Shown here: positions 40,617 through 47,973 of the stretch, piece after piece | Layout of the letters: every line of letters begins with the position of its first letter | How positions within the stretch are numbered: position 1 is the stretch's first letter | From: a virus | Lineage: Duplodnaviria; Caudoviricetes | IMG/VR virus record: IMGVR_UViG_3300030406_002145 | Span: 1 to 59,030 of that record | DNA length: 59,030 nt | Reading direction: 5' to 3' (one strand) | Notes under the pieces: model-generated | What the model saw: only the letters and a program-made list of their open reading frames with translations | Databases searched by the model: none | Told to the model about the DNA's origin: nothing | Program-made: the position numbers and the translations under genes

Positions 40617-40834
40617 TCAAAAAAAATATTATACTCAATTGATATCGGCATTGTGTCTGTAAATGATTTCCACAAAACTACCTCATCTTCTTTTTGTATC
40701 CATATTTTTATTGCTCCATTGTCATTTTTAATTAGATGAATTTTGTAAGAGCCATTTAGGACTTCTTGTCCAACAATGTAATGCATAGCTCCCGACTTAT
40801 AGTCAGGACCTATAGATATTTTTCTTATATCCAT
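40613..40834 (-). CDS. Hypothetical protein
   Basis: IRKISIGPDYK..AMHYIVGQ; coupled ORF. Confidence 0.7.
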   Translation of the reverse strand: MDIRKISIGPDYKSGAMHYIVGQEVLNGSYKIHLIKNDNGAIKIWIQKEDEVVLWKSFTDTMPISIEYNIFFE

Positions 40835-40856
40835 TTTATTATATTTAAGTAATTTA

Positions 40857-41099
40857 TTATTGTTTTACTTTTACTGTCCCACTAGTTTGATAAAGCTGAC
40901 CGGTTACTAAACCTGCTGCTCCCGCAGCAGTGTCGTCTGCATAATTAGGTAAAGTTAATTGTACTGAGGGCAATACTTTTAAAATATCTTGAATAGTAAA
41001 ATTTACCGTGCTGTCAATAGGAGTTCCTACAACATCAGTTCCAATAACTTTATCAGTTGAGCTTGGTGTAACAGTAGTGTATGTACTTATTTTTGCCAT
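40857..41099 (-). CDS. Small fibre/decoration-like virion protein
   Basis: N-terminus shared with 41106..41678; YADDTAAGAAGL.G.LY motif. Confidence 0.55.
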   Translation of the reverse strand: MAKISTYTTVTPSSTDKVIGTDVVGTPIDSTVNFTIQDILKVLPSVQLTLPNYADDTAAGAAGLVTGQLYQTSGTVKVKQ

Positions 41100-41105
41100 A
41101 ATTAA

Positions 41106-41678
41106 TTAAAAAGTTGTAGATAAATTAATATCTTGATAAGTTAATTTAATATATATATCACTGTTTCCTTGGTTAGCAACAGTGCCTGCAAAACTTCTTA
41201 TTAAAATGCTAGCATCATTAAACAGTGTTAAAGTATCGTTAGCCATCGAAGCATAAATTTTATCAGTCTTCTTAGAAGATGAATTCAGGCTTGCAGGTAA
41301 TATTTTAAATGGTGATTGTGCACCTGCAGGACCTGTATTTCGTTTAACAACAATACCACATGCTCCATTTCCTAAATCAGTAAAATTATATGCAACACTA
41401 TTAAAATCAATATAAACAAGTAAGTCAATAGGATTATAAGTTTTATTTGCTCCTGCAGGAGGAAGAATTTCTACATCTGTAGTATCTAAACTTAACATTT
41501 CAGCAGGAGTAATTTTTTTTATTACCTGCTTATACTTAGTTACATCAATTAGATTTTGCAACTGTTGTATAGTAAAATTTTTAGTAACATTAGGAGGAGT
41601 TCCTCCTACCTCCGTTCCTATCAACTTATCAGTCAATAAAGGAGTTCCCACATTTGTATATGAACTTATTTTAGCCAT
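41106..41678 (-). CDS. Fibre/decoration-like virion protein
   Basis: MAKISSY...TDKLIGT...TKNFTIQ anchor plus beta-rich C-terminus. Confidence 0.55.
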   Translation of the reverse strand: MAKISSYTNVGTPLLTDKLIGTEVGGTPPNVTKNFTIQQLQNLIDVTKYKQVIKKITPAEMLSLDTTDVEILPPAGANKTYNPIDLLVYIDFNSVAYNFTDLGNGACGIVVKRNTGPAGAQSPFKILPASLNSSSKKTDKIYASMANDTLTLFNDASILIRSFAGTVANQGNSDIYIKLTYQDINLSTTF

Positions 41679-41919
41679 TTACCTTTTCTGTCTGCTTTTT
41701 AGTTATCTCACCGGTTTCTAAATTAATTTTAGTATCCTTACCGTACTTTTGTAGGAGCACTTTTTCTTTATTACCAAAATTATCTTTCATTTCTTTTATT
41801 ACAGTTAGAATCATTTGTTTCCTTAGCTCAGTATCAGCTAGTTCCATTTTTGCTCTATTGTAATCTTGTAAAGCTTGTCTTATTTCAGACAGCTCTTCTT
41901 TTTTTAATTTCTTTGCCAT
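41671..41919 (-). CDS. Coiled-coil hypothetical protein
   Basis: KYG...INLETGEI; promoter TATATTTG at 41944-41951. Confidence 0.7.
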   Translation of the reverse strand: MAKKLKKEELSEIRQALQDYNRAKMELADTELRKQMILTVIKEMKDNFGNKEKVLLQKYGKDTKINLETGEITKKQTEKVNG

Positions 41920-41951
41920 TTTATTTAATTTAAATTTATTTTACAAATATA

Positions 41952-42245
41952 CTAATATTTTCCTTGTCTTGATTTTGGAGAGGATTTAGTTGAACCTCCT
42001 TTGCCTGCCCACAAATGTTTACATGCCCAATATCTAGCTGTTAGCTTAGACTTAGCCTGACTACATTTATGTCTTGCTCTAAAACTCTTACGAGCAGCAG
42101 GAGAATAGTTGTGTCCATAGCCTTTAGCACCAAAGTGAATCAACTTCTCTTTGCCGCCTTCACAAGCCTTGACCATCTTCTTTTTACCGGGTCTAGTACT
42201 AGGTCTTACCCTATTGCAGGGCATATTCTTTTTACTTACCGCCAT
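41952..42245 (-). CDS. Small basic protein
   Basis: KLIHFGAKG...RKSFRARHKC...TARYWAC. Confidence 0.75.
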   Translation of the reverse strand: MAVSKKNMPCNRVRPSTRPGKKKMVKACEGGKEKLIHFGAKGYGHNYSPAARKSFRARHKCSQAKSKLTARYWACKHLWAGKGGSTKSSPKSRQGKY

Positions 42246-42354
42246 TCTTTTTTTTCTTTCTTTTTTTCAAAACCCTAAAATCACTGCCTGTGATTTTATC
42301 AAATGGTGGACTAGCCTGTGCTATTCTCCTTTGCTTTTTACTAAGTTTGCTCAT
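42232..42354 (-). CDS. Small basic protein, 40 aa (not in track)
   Basis: Hand-translated MSKLSKKQRRIAQASPPFDKITGSDFRVLKKRKKKKNGGK. Confidence 0.65.
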   Translation of the reverse strand: MSKLSKKQRRIAQASPPFDKITGSDFRVLKKRKKKKNGGK

Positions 42355-42358
42355 AGTT

Positions 42359-42502
42359 TTATCTCTTATTTTTTTTATTTAAATTTTTTAAATTTGCTGC
42401 ATTATCTAATGCCATTTGCATTCTTATTTTAAATTGGTCAGCATAAGGGGGAAATTTAGGTTTAGGTGTGTTTCCCCTATTATCTTTGTGCATTTTGCTC
42501 AT
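42359..42502 (-). CDS. Small basic protein
   Basis: Start moved to MSKMHK, immediately after the holin stop. Confidence 0.55.
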   Translation of the reverse strand: MSKMHKDNRGNTPKPKFPPYADQFKIRMQMALDNAANLKNLNKKNKR

Positions 42503-42503
42503 C

Positions 42504-42899
42504 TTATTGTTTTTTATTATGAGAGCCTCCAAAAAAGAAATCAACAACTGTGTTTACTTTAGCACTCATAGCACCAAAGATTGTTGATATAAAACTTATT
42601 TCAAACTCTCCTAAGTTAATATCTCCTTTTACAAAATATCTGAACATTACAAAACTCAAAGCAAAATATGCAATGGTAAATACTGTTGCTAATATTTTTT
42701 GTATTGAGGAATCATCAGAGTACATTTTTCTTGCACTCTTTCTATCTTCTACCTCTAACTCAAACATCTGTTTCTCATGCTGTTGAAACAACTGCTCTAG
42801 TCTTTCCTGAGCAGCTAGTCTCTCTTCATCAGTAGTGATTACCTCATCTAATATCTGGGTAGCATTACCCATTAAATTTTTTATTATTTTTTTTATCAT
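42504..42899 (-). CDS. Holin (GTA/3TM-like)
   Basis: TTDEER, DRKSAR, hydrophobic helices, FFFGGS; next to the endolysin. Confidence 0.75.
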   Translation of the reverse strand: MIKKIIKNLMGNATQILDEVITTDEERLAAQERLEQLFQQHEKQMFELEVEDRKSARKMYSDDSSIQKILATVFTIAYFALSFVMFRYFVKGDINLGEFEISFISTIFGAMSAKVNTVVDFFFGGSHNKKQ

Positions 42900-43384
42900 G
42901 TTAATTGAATTGGATTTCTATATTTAGTTTTATTATTTTTATCCTTATACGCTACCAACACTTGCTGTCTATTGTCAGATATCTTGTAACTAACATGTAT
43001 CCATGCAGGGTCTCCATCTATACTTTCAGTGCTTGTCCCAAACTCTAATATCAGTTGGTCAAAATCTAAATCTAACTTCTTTATAGCCTCATAGATTTTA
43101 ACATTATCCATTTTACCTTTTTTATAAAACTGACAATCCACCGCTTCATATCTGCAATGCTGTGAGTTTGAGCTTCCCCCTATAGCCATATTCAACTCAG
43201 GCGAACGATAGCCTGAAGTTATTCGTATAGGTCCTAGCTCCTTTCTTATGGGCTGTAACAAACCATTTGCCATCATAGTTAGCTTTTGTATTCCGTCTTG
43301 TGTCGGCTGATTTGAAATGCCTAGACGCATAGCCACATTACTTCTTGTTAATTCTTGTAGCGTAAAGTTTTTACTAATCTGCAT
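42896..43384 (-). CDS. Endolysin, peptidase M15A (Zn-dependent)
   Basis: SGYRSPELN.AIGGS.NSQH...AVD...WIHVS. Confidence 0.9.
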   Translation of the reverse strand: MQISKNFTLQELTRSNVAMRLGISNQPTQDGIQKLTMMANGLLQPIRKELGPIRITSGYRSPELNMAIGGSSNSQHCRYEAVDCQFYKKGKMDNVKIYEAIKKLDLDFDQLILEFGTSTESIDGDPAWIHVSYKISDNRQQVLVAYKDKNNKTKYRNPIQLT

Positions 43385-43386
43385 AA

Positions 43387-43755
43387 CTACATAAATTTTT
43401 TCAACACCAACTCTTCCGTTTTTTTCACAGCTTGTTTTGTTGATAGTTGAAATGTTAAATCAGCTTCATACTTTTCAACAATCTCTTTATTGTTAAAAAT
43501 TATTAATGTAGGAACTGACAATATTTTATATTTTTTAGTTAGCCCTGGACAGTGTTCAATATTAACCAAATAGGTTTTTACATCTTTAAAATCCGATAGG
43601 TCAGTCATATTAGACTTATTCCACTCAGCATAAAACTCTACTACCACAATATCCTCACTAAGCTTTTCATTAAAATTACTTTCATTTATTTCTACCTGAG
43701 AAAAACTAAATAGACTAAGTAAAAGTAGTATTAATAATATTATTTTAGTATTCAT
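43387..43755 (-). CDS. Exported thioredoxin-fold protein lacking CxxC
   Basis: Signal peptide; VVEFYAEWN in place of WCxxC; SVPTLIIF cis-Pro loop. Confidence 0.75.
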   Translation of the reverse strand: MNTKIILLILLLLSLFSFSQVEINESNFNEKLSEDIVVVEFYAEWNKSNMTDLSDFKDVKTYLVNIEHCPGLTKKYKILSVPTLIIFNNKEIVEKYEADLTFQLSTKQAVKKTEELVLKKFM

Positions 43756-44042
43756 TTTTTTTGAATTACTTCATACAATCTCTCATCCATAACATCTATC
43801 TTTTTTTCGATTGCATCTAATGTTTCCTTATTTGACAAAACAGTTTGTCTAATAAGTTCATTTTTCATATTTATTTCATTGGCACTAGGATAGTTGTCAA
43901 ACTTGTTTACCTTTAATTCAATAGCACTAACTTGCCCTACTAAATTATAATAAGTTCCCACTAACCCCACAATCATAACTACAAAACTAATTATGAATTT
44001 TAAGTCAGTACTAACCTTAGTGTTTTCTCCTATTTGTGCCAT
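43752..44042 (-). CDS. Single-TM coiled-coil membrane protein
   Basis: FIISFVVMIVGLVGTYY helix followed by a coiled coil. Confidence 0.65.
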   Translation of the reverse strand: MAQIGENTKVSTDLKFIISFVVMIVGLVGTYYNLVGQVSAIELKVNKFDNYPSANEINMKNELIRQTVLSNKETLDAIEKKIDVMDERLYEVIQKK

Positions 44043-44704
44043 TTAACTTTTCCATTTTCTATAAACAAACCTTTTGGATTCTCCATCGGCTGTCCATAAA
44101 TATTATACATTAAATCACTATTCTTTGATTTTTCTATAACTTCTAGTAATGAAGAGTTACAAGGCAACCCTGTTTCACAATCAATAAACTCTTCTATTAT
44201 AAACTCAACATACTCTGTCTCAACTATTGTGTCATATACTACTACTTCAACTTCTTCTATAACATCAACAAAAAGCGTGTCTAAAACTTCTGCGTATACT
44301 GTATCGGTAATATAAATATATTGTGGTACAGAAACTTCTACCTCAACAGTATCAACTACTATCTCATAAATATATTCAGTGTCAAAGATAGTATCAAACA
44401 AGGTTTCATATTCTGTAAGATACACAGTATCACACCCCACAGGTATTGGGGGCAAACAATTTATAGCTTCTGTTGGACCTTCAGTGTTTTCATCAGCAGC
44501 ATCCACACAGTCTTCCCAACCGTCATTTATCCAATCTGCTTGAACACAACCATCAGGTGAGTATTGAGTCCAATTAGAAGGGTCATCACCGCAAAAGAAT
44601 CCTCCTGACTCAGCACAAGTTATACACAAAAGCTGAAAGTCAAATCCTTGTCCTAACCCAATGTATGACATTAGGAATAAAAAATAAGTTATAAATTTTT
44701 TCAT
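44030..44704 (-). CDS. Secreted Cys-rich protein with LDLa-like motif and T9SS-CTD-like tail
   Basis: Signal peptide; WINDGWEDCVDAADE; DT-repeat stalk; YNIYGQ...KGLFIENGK. Confidence 0.6.
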   Translation of the reverse strand: MKKFITYFLFLMSYIGLGQGFDFQLLCITCAESGGFFCGDDPSNWTQYSPDGCVQADWINDGWEDCVDAADENTEGPTEAINCLPPIPVGCDTVYLTEYETLFDTIFDTEYIYEIVVDTVEVEVSVPQYIYITDTVYAEVLDTLFVDVIEEVEVVVYDTIVETEYVEFIIEEFIDCETGLPCNSSLLEVIEKSKNSDLMYNIYGQPMENPKGLFIENGKVKWHK

Positions 44705-44706
44705 AC

Positions 44707-45735
44707 TTAATAGATTAAATAGTTAAACCCAAACTTCAACTCATATACAGGTATCATCCAATATCTTTGATGTGTTCCTTCAATAAACAAACCTAAATGT
44801 TTTGTTATTCGTGAACCAATTACTACACCTGCATCCCACTCTGCCCAATCGTTTTCATCTTGACCATATTCAAATGAATAATCATCAAGTCCATAATGCA
44901 AAGGTAATAAATTATACCATATGTGAATCCATAGTTTAGGAGTCCATTTATAGTATGAAACGCCTAATACGGCACTGATTTCGTTTTGTGTGCCTAACTT
45001 TTCTAATTCTCGTTGATTAAATGATGCTACTGCATTACCAAAGTAATGTTTGTAAAACTCATCATTAGAAGTAGCTATTACTTCTCCTTCTCTTGACCAA
45101 TGCCAACTTCCATTTACAAACTCTCTGCTATATCCAAAGTCAGCAGCTAGCTCTACAAAAGTGCTTTCACCAGGTGTCCAAAAATCTTCTATAGGGGTAA
45201 TGCCATAAGCCGGATGATTCCTACCCACCACACCTAGTGTAAAGTCCCAAGGTCCTTTGTTTAGTCTTAGTCTAGTATCAAATGATTTATATTCTAATCC
45301 TACTCTTTGATTATCTTTGTATTGCAGCTTAGTAACATTATAGTCACTTAGGTATCGTAACCAAAAGTTAGCATTATTAAACTTCTCACCCCTATTGCGA
45401 ATAAAAGAATAATTAAAAAGATACTCCCAACCATTAGCATTACCAATGGTAACATCATCTGAAACAGTTCTTTCAGTACCATAGTACCATGTTTTAACTT
45501 TGTACTCATAATCAAATCTAGCTATTTTTCTAATACCTATTGTAAGGTTATAGTCATATGGGTTTACCTCCGTAACATCTTGGTAGCCTCTATCAACTGC
45601 AATATAATTTTCTCTCTCTACCATAGATGTACCCATGGTCATAGATGTGTAAATAGTAGAGTATTTAAAAAACTGACCGAAACTTATTAGTGGTATGCTA
45701 AGTAATAATATAAGTAGTCTCATCATTTTTATCAT
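44707..45735 (-). CDS. Putative outer-membrane beta-barrel protein
   Basis: Signal peptide, aromatic-rich alternating strands, C-terminal LKFGFNYLIY. Confidence 0.65.
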   Translation of the reverse strand: MIKMMRLLILLLSIPLISFGQFFKYSTIYTSMTMGTSMVERENYIAVDRGYQDVTEVNPYDYNLTIGIRKIARFDYEYKVKTWYYGTERTVSDDVTIGNANGWEYLFNYSFIRNRGEKFNNANFWLRYLSDYNVTKLQYKDNQRVGLEYKSFDTRLRLNKGPWDFTLGVVGRNHPAYGITPIEDFWTPGESTFVELAADFGYSREFVNGSWHWSREGEVIATSNDEFYKHYFGNAVASFNQRELEKLGTQNEISAVLGVSYYKWTPKLWIHIWYNLLPLHYGLDDYSFEYGQDENDWAEWDAGVVIGSRITKHLGLFIEGTHQRYWMIPVYELKFGFNYLIY

Positions 45736-45803
45736 CTGTATCTTCAGTTAAAAAATATTTTAAATGATACTTGCCTTTTATTGTTACTGTTGCTGTCCAC
45801 ATA

Positions 45804-46424
45804 TTAATTGTAAAATGCTAATAGGTAACCTCCATTTATTAAAGTCCTAGTATCCGTAGGGGTTGAAGCATTATCATCACGAAATAAAAGGTTTCTAGAT
45901 AAAGGCATTTGTCGTGGAAGGAATCCCCTTCCTATAAAAATAGTTTGTGTTGTGCCACCCATTGTTTTAACTGTTACTAATTCAGTAGGAAGTCTTGAAA
46001 ATCCATTAGGTATTTCAAATATAGCCCCACCTCTACATCCGGGCTTGAATAATAAGAAAGCCGATAAAATTCCTGGAGTATACCATGGGTCTTGTGCATT
46101 AAAACGGGTATTGTCTATTATTGATACTACAGATGTATAAGTACCATATCCTCCGGTTGCACCTGGAGTATCTGAATAATTTACATTAAGAATTATATCT
46201 CCAACCTCTATACCCAAAGGAGTAATACCTGCTCCTGCAGTTGCACCTGTCTCAAATCCTGTAGGCAATGTAATAACAGACCCTACTAATGCTGATGGTG
46301 TTATAGGTGTGGGATAAATTTTATTAGAAGGATGGGGTATATCATTTGTAGCTGAATATGCTGTATTATTTATCGGTGGTGCTATTGGTAATACATTAGT
46401 GTTTAAATAATTTCTATTAATCAT
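45804..46424 (-). CDS. Hypothetical, possibly virion protein
   Basis: T/G/P-rich; contains a GIEVGDIILN module. Confidence 0.6.
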   Translation of the reverse strand: MINRNYLNTNVLPIAPPINNTAYSATNDIPHPSNKIYPTPITPSALVGSVITLPTGFETGATAGAGITPLGIEVGDIILNVNYSDTPGATGGYGTYTSVVSIIDNTRFNAQDPWYTPGILSAFLLFKPGCRGGAIFEIPNGFSRLPTELVTVKTMGGTTQTIFIGRGFLPRQMPLSRNLLFRDDNASTPTDTRTLINGGYLLAFYN

Positions 46425-46432
46425 AATTCTTT

Positions 46433-46594
46433 TTATTTACTGTATGGAAAAATTCTGTTTAGTGTATCACGCCTCTGACCACAGCCACATGGTTTGCCTG
46501 TAGCTTTAGAAACAGCATCTACCGCAGCTTTAATTCCTGTTGCTCTAGTTATTTTTTCTATTGAATCTCCTAATCCTCTTGATGGTTTATTCAT
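46433..46594 (-). CDS. Small conserved-type phage protein
   Basis: GLGDSIEKIT.ATGIK...CGC..RR..LN; start MNKPS. Confidence 0.7.
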   Translation of the reverse strand: MNKPSRGLGDSIEKITRATGIKAAVDAVSKATGKPCGCGQRRDTLNRIFPYSK

Positions 46595-46675
46595 GTTACT
46601 TACATTTACAAATATCTTCTTTGCACTTTGTTTTAAACAAACATACAATCCAACATTTAATTTTTTTAATTAAAC

Positions 46676-46861
46676 TCATTTTCTTTTATTTTTACAGCCA
46701 AAATTATTGGCATAGTTTGCCATCTTGACTACTTTCTTTGAATATTTATTTTTATTCTTCATAACCGAAGAAGCGGCAGAGCATGTGTCCTTAAACCCAT
46801 TACTCTTCGCCCACTTCGTAAAAGCTCCTTGTCGGGAATCTTTTATATCAGGAAATGCCAT
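46676..46861 (-). CDS. Small basic protein
   Basis: GAFTKWAK...ANYANN. Confidence 0.7.
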   Translation of the reverse strand: MAFPDIKDSRQGAFTKWAKSNGFKDTCSAASSVMKNKNKYSKKVVKMANYANNFGCKNKRK

Positions 46862-47070
46862 TACTTTCTAATCAATGCTCCTAAGTGACCTTTTACATCA
46901 CTTGGGTAGTGCTTATCCATAGAGTGGTCTCCACTGTATGCGTGACCTGTCATTTTTTTAGCCATTCCTTTTGACTCATCTCTACGGTCTTTCATAGACT
47001 GTGAGTGACTTCCTTTATGCTTCATTCCTAAAGACTCATCGAGTCTATCATTATAACCTTGGTGTTTCAT
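46861..47070 (-). CDS. Small basic His/Met-rich protein
   Basis: QGYNDRLDESLGM...QSMKDRRDESKGM. Confidence 0.7.
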   Translation of the reverse strand: MKHQGYNDRLDESLGMKHKGSHSQSMKDRRDESKGMAKKMTGHAYSGDHSMDKHYPSDVKGHLGALIRK

Positions 47071-47089
47071 CTTTTTATATATTTATTTA

Positions 47090-47263
47090 TTAGTAGCCTG
47101 TGCTTTTAGTTTTTTTCTCCATGCCGTATCCCGGATTGTTTTTCATTTTTCCATCCATCATATTTGCAAAAGCACCTGCTTGTGCTTTACCTACTGCATT
47201 ATATGGAAATACTTTCTTTTTCATTGTACCGCTATCAGGGCATTTGTATGTTACTGTTGGCAT
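47090..47263 (-). CDS. Small basic protein, 57 aa (not in track)
   Basis: Hand-translated MPTVTYKCPDSGTMKKKVFPYNAVGKAQAGAFANMMDGKMKNNPGYGMEKKTKSTGY. Confidence 0.7.
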   Translation of the reverse strand: MPTVTYKCPDSGTMKKKVFPYNAVGKAQAGAFANMMDGKMKNNPGYGMEKKTKSTGY

Positions 47264-47282
47264 ATCTAAACTATTTATTAAT

Positions 47283-47301
47283 TATCTTTGTAGCAAAGTT
47301 A
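47283..47301. promoter_or_regulatory. Face-to-face promoter pair
   Basis: TATCTTTG (+, 47283-47290) and TAACTTTG (-, 47294-47301). Confidence 0.6.
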
Positions 47302-47315
47302 AGAAAAAAAAATTA

Positions 47316-47750
47316 ATGAAATCAAATTACCTAAAGTATTGGAGAGTGATACGCTACTTCATAAAAGCAAAGTACAAACTATCGCAAGCCGAACTAGATG
47401 TTCTACTCTTTCTCCGTGATGAAAAATATTTCTCCAAAGATAAGTTTGAAGAGTTTAACAACCTGCTGTCATGGGATGTTAATAGATTTGATAAACTGCT
47501 AAGAGATAAATGGATTGAGGTATTTAGAAAGCGACAGGGTAAAAGCAAAACACTATACAGCCTATCCTATAAGTCACAAAGAGTATTAACCTCTATATAC
47601 AATAAGCTTAGCGGTGAAGAGATTCCCACAAGTCAATCTGCCAATCCTATGTTTGCTAAGAATGTGTCTTACTCAGACAAGGTATATAGAAATATGATAT
47701 TAGAGATGAATAAGTTTATAAAACAACAACGACATCTCTCTCCTGAATGA
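47316..47750 (+). CDS. Putative winged-HTH (MarR-like) regulator
   Basis: LSQAELDVLLFL...L.RDKWIEVFR...LYSLS; the only credible + strand gene in the late arm; start moved to 47316. Confidence 0.65.
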   Translation: MKSNYLKYWRVIRYFIKAKYKLSQAELDVLLFLRDEKYFSKDKFEEFNNLLSWDVNRFDKLLRDKWIEVFRKRQGKSKTLYSLSYKSQRVLTSIYNKLSGEEIPTSQSANPMFAKNVSYSDKVYRNMILEMNKFIKQQRHLSPE

Positions 47751-47973
47751 TGCCGTACTTCTCATTCTTTATCATCATAGTATGTCCTGACCTGCGGTCA
47801 TAGTATACTGTATCGTCTTTGCTAATAGCTGTCACCTCTGTCCCTGGTGTAACAACCTTACCTTTCTTGTATCGTATATCTTGCATATCGCCTGACCCTA
47901 GAAGCAGTCCTGACTTAGTCTCTATCTGCTCCTCTATAGTTTTAATAATAATATATTTACCTATTGCTTTCAT
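47716..47973 (-). CDS. groES: Co-chaperonin GroES
   Basis: TKSGLLL mobile loop, GKVVTPG, IIQERDVV; coupled to groEL. Confidence 0.9.
   Translation of the reverse strand: MKAIGKYIIIKTIEEQIETKSGLLLGSGDMQDIRYKKGKVVTPGTEVTAISKDDTVYYDRRSGHTMMIKNEKYGIIQERDVVVVL

Noticed and set aside
11220-42835. Minus-strand CTGATGA hits as further hammerheads
   Set aside because: Those noticed lie within long ORFs and lack properly placed stems and GAAA; not an exhaustive scan
7581-45000. Many + strand ORFs in the track opposite structural genes
   Set aside because: Antisense shadows of long - strand genes with F/L/S-rich composition and no leaders
47100-47315. N-terminal extension of the 216 aa track ORF
   Set aside because: Antisense to a credible - strand ORF (47090..47263) and spans the promoters; ATG 47316 fits better
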